This document shows positions 58,259 through 64,000 of a DNA stretch of 64,000 nt, piece by piece. Made by a program: the position numbers and the translations under genes. The stretch comes from Methanomethylovorans hollandica DSM 15978 (lineage in GTDB: Archaea; Halobacteriota; Methanosarcinia; Methanosarcinales; Methanosarcinaceae): NCBI RefSeq assembly GCF_000328665.1, contig NC_019977.1:1178001-1242000 (forward strand), in the 5' to 3' direction. Below the pieces are notes generated by a model. That model searched no databases, was not told the DNA's origin, and worked only from the letters and a program-made list of their open reading frames with translations. The first letter of the stretch is position 1. Every line of letters begins with the position of its first letter.

Positions 58259-60397
58259 TTAAGGGTGTAAATCAAGTTCAGGATTTTGTAATCCTGTCAT
58301 TGACAAAAACCTGGCATTTATAGCTACAATTATAGTGCTAAGGGACATAAGGACAGCTCCAACCGCAGGAGATAGTAATATCCCTTGATTGTACAGTACA
58401 CCGGCAGCTAGTGGTATTGCCACCACGTTATATCCCGTGGCCCAGAAGAGGTTCTGAAGCATCTTTCTGTAGGTAGCTCGGGAGAGAACGACTATAGAAA
58501 CAACATCTTTGGGATTGCTTTTGACCAGTATTATATCTGCTGTTTCCACAGCTACGTCGGTCCCTGCTCCTATGGCGATCCCTATGTCCGCTTGGGCAAG
58601 AGCAGGAGCATCGTTCACTCCATCTCCGGTCATAGCAACCACAAGACCTCTTGACTGTACCTCTTTCACTTTGGCAGCCTTTTCCTGTGGCAGCACCTCG
58701 GCAAAATACTCGTCCAGTCCTATCTCTTCTGCAACCCATCTTGCAACTTGTTCATTATCACCGGTAAGCATCATGCATTTGATTCCAATTTCTTTTAGTG
58801 TGGAAATTGCCAGTTTAGATTCTGGTCTGATGATATCAGCCAAGGCAATGGCACCCTTCACTATTCCATCCATCATGACGTAAACAACTGTTTTGCCTTG
58901 GGATCTGAGTTTGTCCACAACTTCATTTTCAACGTTAATGCCCTGTTCTCTCAGATATCCAGGGCTAACTACCTTTACTTCCTTTCCTTCTACCATTCCC
59001 TGGGCTCCTTTCCCAGGAATGGATAGGAAATCCTCTACATTATACATATCCTCCATTGATGCCGCTATTCCCCTGGCAATGTGATGTTCTGAATTAGCTT
59101 CCACAGAAGTGGCATACTTGAGCAGTTCTTTTTCATCCATTGTGGCATCGAAAATAACAGTTTCAGTTATTCCGAACTTGCCCTGTGTCAGCGTACCGGT
59201 CTTGTCGAATATAATGGCATTCAGGTTGCGAGCGTTCTCAAAGGCTACTCTGTTCCTGATAAGTAGGCCATTGCGTGCTGCCAGCGCAGAGGATATGGCA
59301 ACTACCAGAGGAATTGCAAGACCCAGAGCATGAGGACAAGTTATTACCATTACTGTAACAGCTCTTTCCAGGGAAAATGCAAAATTGGCCTGGATAAGCA
59401 GAGTCCACACCAACAATGTGAGAGTACCTACACTGAGGGAAATTATAGTAAGCCACTTGGCAGCCCTGTCAGCAAGATCCTGGGTATGAGATTTGCTTTC
59501 CTGGGCTTCCCTGACAAGTGCTACTACCTGGGAAAGGAAAGATCCGGCTCCTGTTTTCTTCACTTTGATCTTTATAGCTCCCTCGCCATTGATGGAACCT
59601 CCGATGACCTCCTTATCTTTAATTTTGGTAACGGGTTTCGATTCACCTGTAAGCATAGCTTCATTGACAGAGGTATTTCCTTCAACGACCACACCATCCG
59701 CCGGGATCTTCTCACCTGGCTTTACAAGCAGCAGGTCACCGGCAATGATCTCTTCCAAAGGAACATCATTAACATTTCCATTTGTATCGACCCGGTGGGC
59801 ATCAGAAGGTAGCAGCCTTGCCAGTTCTTCAAGTGCCTTTGATGTTCCCATTATAGAGCGCATCTCCAGCCAGTGTCCCAGAAGCATGATATCTATAAGC
59901 GTTGCCAGTTCCCAAAAGAAGATCATTCCCATTAGGCCAAACACGACCAGACTGCTGTAGACATATGCAACTGTGATAGCTATAGCTATCAGGGTCATCA
60001 TACCAGGAGCATGTGAAGTCAGTTCATCCCTGATTCCCTTAAGGAAGGGCCAGCCTCCGTAGAAAAATAGGACCGTAGACAACAAGAATAGTACATAAAT
60101 GTCTCCGGAGAAACCGGGAACTGTTATCCCTAATGTAAAAAGGAACTCACGGATGATGGGAGACAGTAAAAGCACAGGGATAGTGATGATAATAGAGACA
60201 AAAAAGCGTTTCTTGAAATCTTCCACCATCATTGCGTGATGGTTAGTATGTTCGGCGTGTTTAGCCAGTGGACTATGTTCACCACGCTTCATGTCCCCTT
60301 GTTCCACATGAGATGGGTGGTGTTCCATTGTCTGCTGCCCCATATCATGCTGCATGTGCTCATGGATTGACATCTCATCATTCCCCATGTGTTCCAC
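58259..60397 (-). CDS. copB: P1B-3 copper-transporting ATPase
   Basis: His/Met-rich N-terminus, 'TGES', 'CPH', 'DKTGT', 'GDGVND', 'GYN', 'MSLST'. Confidence 0.95.
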   Translation of the reverse strand: MEHMGNDEMSIHEHMQHDMGQQTMEHHPSHVEQGDMKRGEHSPLAKHAEHTNHHAMMVEDFKKRFFVSIIITIPVLLLSPIIREFLFTLGITVPGFSGDIYVLFLLSTVLFFYGGWPFLKGIRDELTSHAPGMMTLIAIAITVAYVYSSLVVFGLMGMIFFWELATLIDIMLLGHWLEMRSIMGTSKALEELARLLPSDAHRVDTNGNVNDVPLEEIIAGDLLLVKPGEKIPADGVVVEGNTSVNEAMLTGESKPVTKIKDKEVIGGSINGEGAIKIKVKKTGAGSFLSQVVALVREAQESKSHTQDLADRAAKWLTIISLSVGTLTLLVWTLLIQANFAFSLERAVTVMVITCPHALGLAIPLVVAISSALAARNGLLIRNRVAFENARNLNAIIFDKTGTLTQGKFGITETVIFDATMDEKELLKYATSVEANSEHHIARGIAASMEDMYNVEDFLSIPGKGAQGMVEGKEVKVVSPGYLREQGINVENEVVDKLRSQGKTVVYVMMDGIVKGAIALADIIRPESKLAISTLKEIGIKCMMLTGDNEQVARWVAEEIGLDEYFAEVLPQEKAAKVKEVQSRGLVVAMTGDGVNDAPALAQADIGIAIGAGTDVAVETADIILVKSNPKDVVSIVVLSRATYRKMLQNLFWATGYNVVAIPLAAGVLYNQGILLSPAVGAVLMSLSTIIVAINARFLSMTGLQNPELDLHP

Positions 60398-60482
60398 CCC
60401 GGTTGTCCAGATTTGTTCCCGAAAGTTCTGTCATGACTTCTACCGTTTCTTTGTGATAGGAGTTATAGCTAGAACATTTACT

Positions 60483-61100
60483 TTATAGAGTCTTAATGTA
60501 TTCCAAGGTATCATTTAGATCTTTATCAGACATTTGCCATCTTGGCATTGTTGGCGACAGCGACTCTCCGGAAGGTTCCAGGCCGTTTCTGATAGCTGCC
60601 CTGATCGCTTCATCGGTAAATGGTGGATTTTCCTCAGTTGTCAATGAAGCGTATGTGATATCAGCAGGTACTGTATATCCCATCATCACAGGTACTCCTC
60701 CTTGCCCATCCACACCGTGGCAATTGACACAGCCGCCTCCATGCATGTAGATCCATTGGGGCCCGTAGGATGTAGGTATTCTCTTGCCTGTTTCATTGAA
60801 TCCGGTATAATAGATGGTCTCGCCGTTTGATTTGAACTCGGTCTTGATCCCTTCTACATTGTATGGATAAATATATCCCGAGCCCATCATGCCTCCTTGC
60901 TGGCCATAACCTGCTCCCATCATACCACCTTGTTGGTTATAGCCGGTTCCCATCATACCTCCGTAACCGGATCCCATCATGCTGCCATAACCAGTATTGT
61001 ATCCAGATGTCTGTAGGCTCATCATATAAACAATCATAATTAGAATTGCAATAATTACAACCCCAATAAGACCTAAGAAGTAAGTTTCCATCTTATTCAT
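60483..61100 (-). CDS. Membrane-anchored monoheme cytochrome c with GMMG repeats
   Basis: N-terminal TM, repeated 'G(G/S)MMG', 'CVNCHG', distal 'TMPRW'. Confidence 0.8.
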   Translation of the reverse strand: MNKMETYFLGLIGVVIIAILIMIVYMMSLQTSGYNTGYGSMMGSGYGGMMGTGYNQQGGMMGAGYGQQGGMMGSGYIYPYNVEGIKTEFKSNGETIYYTGFNETGKRIPTSYGPQWIYMHGGGCVNCHGVDGQGGVPVMMGYTVPADITYASLTTEENPPFTDEAIRAAIRNGLEPSGESLSPTMPRWQMSDKDLNDTLEYIKTL

Positions 61101-61181
61101 AATAACCTCCCACTATTTTCAGATAATAATATGCTCAGTTTCAAATATAAGTGTATGTTCAAAGGCACATTTCCAGCAGTC

Positions 61182-61491
61182 TGAAAGAAGGTTTAACAAG
61201 GCTATTGAAACATTAGAACGATTCCATTTCGATACTCGTAACTACCAGTCATTCCCAAAAGAGCATTGGAGAAAGATAAGAACTACGAACATCTTGGAAA
61301 GGATAAATAAGGAACTCAAAAGAAGGAGCAAAATCATTGGTGCATTTCCAAATGAAGCATCTCTATTGAGAATTTCAGTCTCAATATTGATCGATATCAA
61401 TGAAGAGTGGATTACTGCAGATATTTATCTATGGAAGATTAAGTACATACCATAGGTACAGGGGAATATACAGCAAAATGGGAGCGCTACC
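61182..61491 (+). pseudogene. IS256-family transposase 3' fragment and probable right end
   Basis: Translates to 'FPKEHWRKIRTTNILERINKELKRRSKIIGAFPNEASLLR...EEW'; no N-terminus. Confidence 0.85.
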
Positions 61492-61800
61492 TCGATTTCC
61501 TGAAATTACAGGCAAAAAAATATATTTACGCCAACTTTGATGCTGTAAATACACGGATTTTAAGCCAAAATAGGATGATATCGTAGAATTTTACATGAAA
61601 TTATGAAAACTGTCAAATAGGTTTTCCTGACAAAAAAATGAAAATTTTGATCTAATGAGAACACTATTTTTTAAAAAAAGAGTGAAAACTGTCAAACTGT
61701 TGTGAAGAGGGCATTTCCCGGTGTCAAAAAGCCCCAGAAAACATATTATTTGTCTGCTAATCTGGTCAACAGATTGACATGTGCTAATTTTGAGTTTCTT

Positions 61801-62106
61801 GGACTTGGCGTAGACACTCCACTTATACGGCCATACCCCGTCTCTGAGTTTCCGGGTTGCAATGGAATCAGTGATATCTATCGTGGTACGTACAAGGCCG
61901 TTGTCATTCCAGGCAGTCAGTACCCTGCCTATCTCGGCTTTTGGATCTTCGGAAAGGTCACAACCATGTGGAGAATCACGTGAACATACCCGGATCACAG
62001 CATTTCGGAGAGAAGAAATAACATTGTCCGCGTCGCTTGATGGGATACCCCATCCGTTCTTGTTCAAAACATCCAATGGAAAGGCAATGACCTCTAAAAT
62101 TACCAT
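61801..62106 (-). pseudogene. Truncated paralog of the proviral prohead protease
   Basis: About 71% identity over ~101 aa to the N-terminus of 31611..32570 (manual count); then runs into unrelated AT-rich sequence. Confidence 0.85.
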
Positions 62107-62443
62107 CAGAAAATCTGGGATGTGTGGGCGGACTATATATAGTTTTGTGTCCGGTCTTGAAAAAAGAAGATATGTGTGTTCATTATTATACTATGAAAAA
62201 AAATAACTATTGCCTTTTTTCAAACAGAATTCAATCCTTGTTTTAGTGGACCATGCCCTGAAAGTTTTCTTCGAAGATTTCTCTCTATAGCTTTTTGAAA
62301 TCCTTTTCCGGGATGTGCACGATCATTCCCGGCTTATATTCCTCTACAATCCTTGACATTATGGATCAGACACTTTGATTAGGATACCTTTTGATATATC
62401 AGTAGACACCACATATAAATAATTCTAAGTTATAGTCTACATC

Positions 62444-62572
62444 ATGGACAAAAAACAAACAACCCGCCAGAATAATAAGGAAGTACCTGTTCTGGAAATA
62501 AAGATTGGAAAGCATCTAAAGAACAGTATGCATGATAATGATGCACTGTTAAAAGAACTTGCAGAGTTATAG
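62444..62572 (+). CDS. 42-aa protein resembling the C-terminal helix of Doc antitoxins
   Basis: MDKKQ...KHLKNSMHDNDALLKELAEL; TATA-like TATAAATA upstream. Confidence 0.45.
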   Translation: MDKKQTTRQNNKEVPVLEIKIGKHLKNSMHDNDALLKELAEL

Positions 62573-62920
62573 CTCTGCTGTATTCCTTCTTATCCACTCG
62601 TCTATTTCTTCCACTGACATTTTATACTCAGCCACTGTGATTAGCATTTTCTTAGTGGTATTTTTATCCGCGACAATTTTATATCCTCCATTTCTGAGGA
62701 TAACATCGGCTAATGCAAATGCAGTTCTTTTGTTGCCATCAAAAAATGCGTGAGCCGTTGTGATGGTATGCAATGCTATGGTTGCATTTGCGAAAACAGT
62801 TTTTAAGGGGCTTAATTTATACTGAATAAGGTGATCAATAGTGGCTTCAATCATTGTACCACGTGTGCCGCCATATTTCTCAATGAGAGTATCATGGAGC
62901 GTAATGATATCTTTAGTCTA
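62567..62920 (-). CDS. Fic/Doc-family toxin; natural start appears lost
   Basis: 'HAFFDGNKRTAF'; the in-frame Doc N-terminus 'TKDIITLHDTLIEKYGG' is preceded by TAG rather than a start codon. Confidence 0.75.
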
Positions 62921-63001
62921 TACTTATTTGTGCTTTGTAGAAATCCTCACTTTGGCAACAAGTGTGAACTTCATATACCTGCCAAGGTTACACAAAAGCC
63001 A

Positions 63002-63352
63002 TCAAATAAAATCAATACTTATGCTCCCTGCTTCTTTAGTAAGGGAATTCGACATGAAACCCGCTTCAATACAACAAACGTGCATAACTGCACAAGGCAC
63101 AAGGCATGTAGAAGTGCATCTCGCTTCCCTGGCTTTTCCCATAACAATGTTCTCTTTTATATCAAATAGATCCATCATTGGAACCTCCAGATGAGATATC
63201 TTTTTAATCTTCTCACAAGGTGTATCGATATCTACAATCACATTCTGCCCATCCATTCTTCCCTTAATGATGTGGGTGAACCCGCATATCCTGGAATTGA
63301 CTTTTGCTTCTGTCATTGGACTACTCCTGTTGTTTATATATAAGTACCACAA
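63002..63352 (-). CDS. Conserved methanogen Cys-containing protein (start probably MTEAKV)
   Basis: 'SRICGFTHII', 'CLVPCAV..VCCIEAG'. Confidence 0.65.
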   Translation of the reverse strand: MWYLYINNRSSPMTEAKVNSRICGFTHIIKGRMDGQNVIVDIDTPCEKIKKISHLEVPMMDLFDIKENIVMGKAREARCTSTCLVPCAVMHVCCIEAGFMSNSLTKEAGSISIDFI

Positions 63353-63361
63353 ATTAATAAT

Positions 63362-64000
63362 TTAAGTTGTAACCATTATTTCCTTGTAGGTAATAGCATG
63401 CACCGGACATACGCTTATACATCTCTTGCATGCTGTCCCTAGGCATTTTTGGGTACTGTACTTTGCAATGAAATCAGTACCCTTTTCTATATCTATGGCT
63501 TTCTCAGGACATTCTCTTTCACACATATGGCACATTATGCATCCCACTGCAACCTCTTCAAGAGTTGTTCCTATGTCCGTAACCACTTCTATCTGATTCC
63601 TACTGTTTTCATTTATGTCCAGTCTTACCCTTTTCTCAATAATTGGATTATTCAAGGATATCGGCAGTGGGGGCAGTTTATATGCCTTCAGAAACTTGTG
63701 GTACATGTCCATACTCATTCCTTCTGTCCAATATCCGAGCTCGCATGTATAGAACTTCTTAAAAGTATCACTTGTTGCCATCATAAGGTGATCAGCTTTT
63801 ATATGGCTTGCCAGTTCAATAACCGCATCAAGCTTTGCTTCATCAAGAAGTATGTCCCTTGCAAGAGCTAGTGACGTGTTTCCAAATTGCACCGTGCGTT
63901 TTGAGAAGTCAGGACACGACCCAATATTTCTTGCTTTTTTGGCGTCCACATAGGTACCTGAAGCACCGCTCATGTACACATTCTCAAGCTCTTCATATCC
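63362..64000 (-). CDS. ramA: Methylamine/methanol corrinoid protein reductive activase, 3' part (runs off the window)
   Basis: 'YMSGASGTYVDA', 'GNTSL', two C-terminal ferredoxin motifs. Confidence 0.8.
   Translation of the reverse strand, partial: GYEELENVYMSGASGTYVDAKKARNIGSCPDFSKRTVQFGNTSLALARDILLDEAKLDAVIELASHIKADHLMMATSDTFKKFYTCELGYWTEGMSMDMYHKFLKAYKLPPLPISLNNPIIEKRVRLDINENSRNQIEVVTDIGTTLEEVAVGCIMCHMCERECPEKAIDIEKGTDFIAKYSTQKCLGTACKRCISVCPVHAITYKEIMVTT

Noticed and set aside
60880..60995. Tandem CCCATCAT repeats
   Set aside because: Encode the GMMG repeats of the cytochrome c protein.
1..64000. CRISPR array or cas genes
   Set aside because: No regularly spaced repeat-spacer series; the repeats seen are tandem coding repeats or two-copy elements.

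Overview
Chromosomal window from a methanogenic archaeon. Gene content (RamA-like corrinoid activator, PGF-CTERM protein, TRAM protein, archaeal tRNA-Ile2) suggests Methanosarcinales; this is an inference. Bases 1-14.9 kb are host genes: MFS transporter, a tusA-dsrE-iscS-iscU-DUF2284 sulfur/Fe-S cluster, DEAD-box helicase, two tRNAs, AmmeMemoRadiSam enzyme, flippase and a Lon-like protease. Bases ~14,866-50,728 are an apparently complete ~35.9 kb siphovirus-like provirus. It has a divergent RHH switch, an early operon rich in Zn-finger microproteins, Bet, terminase, portal, HK97-type head, tail and a tyrosine integrase, and it appears to be inserted at the start codon of the Lon-like gene. Bases 50.8-64 kb hold larB/larC, an ion/metal homeostasis island (DUF475, Kup, CDF, CopB, two CxxCH proteins), an IS256 relic, a relic viral protease, a Doc-like module and the 3' part of ramA. 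Top findings: (1) the terminase contains a 359-aa intein whose own frame has no endonuclease, while a complete Zn-finger/HNH endonuclease is encoded in the overlapping +1 frame; (2) three unrelated virion proteins end in the same (L/I)DGGSA peptide, possibly a docking tag for the Mtd_N/C-type-lectin adhesin; (3) several regulatory or structural DNA elements, including a 29-bp duplicated late promoter, GTAGTACTAC palindromes, a tRNA-like mini-element and a -1 frameshift site. All family calls come from motif recognition by eye; no searches were run.
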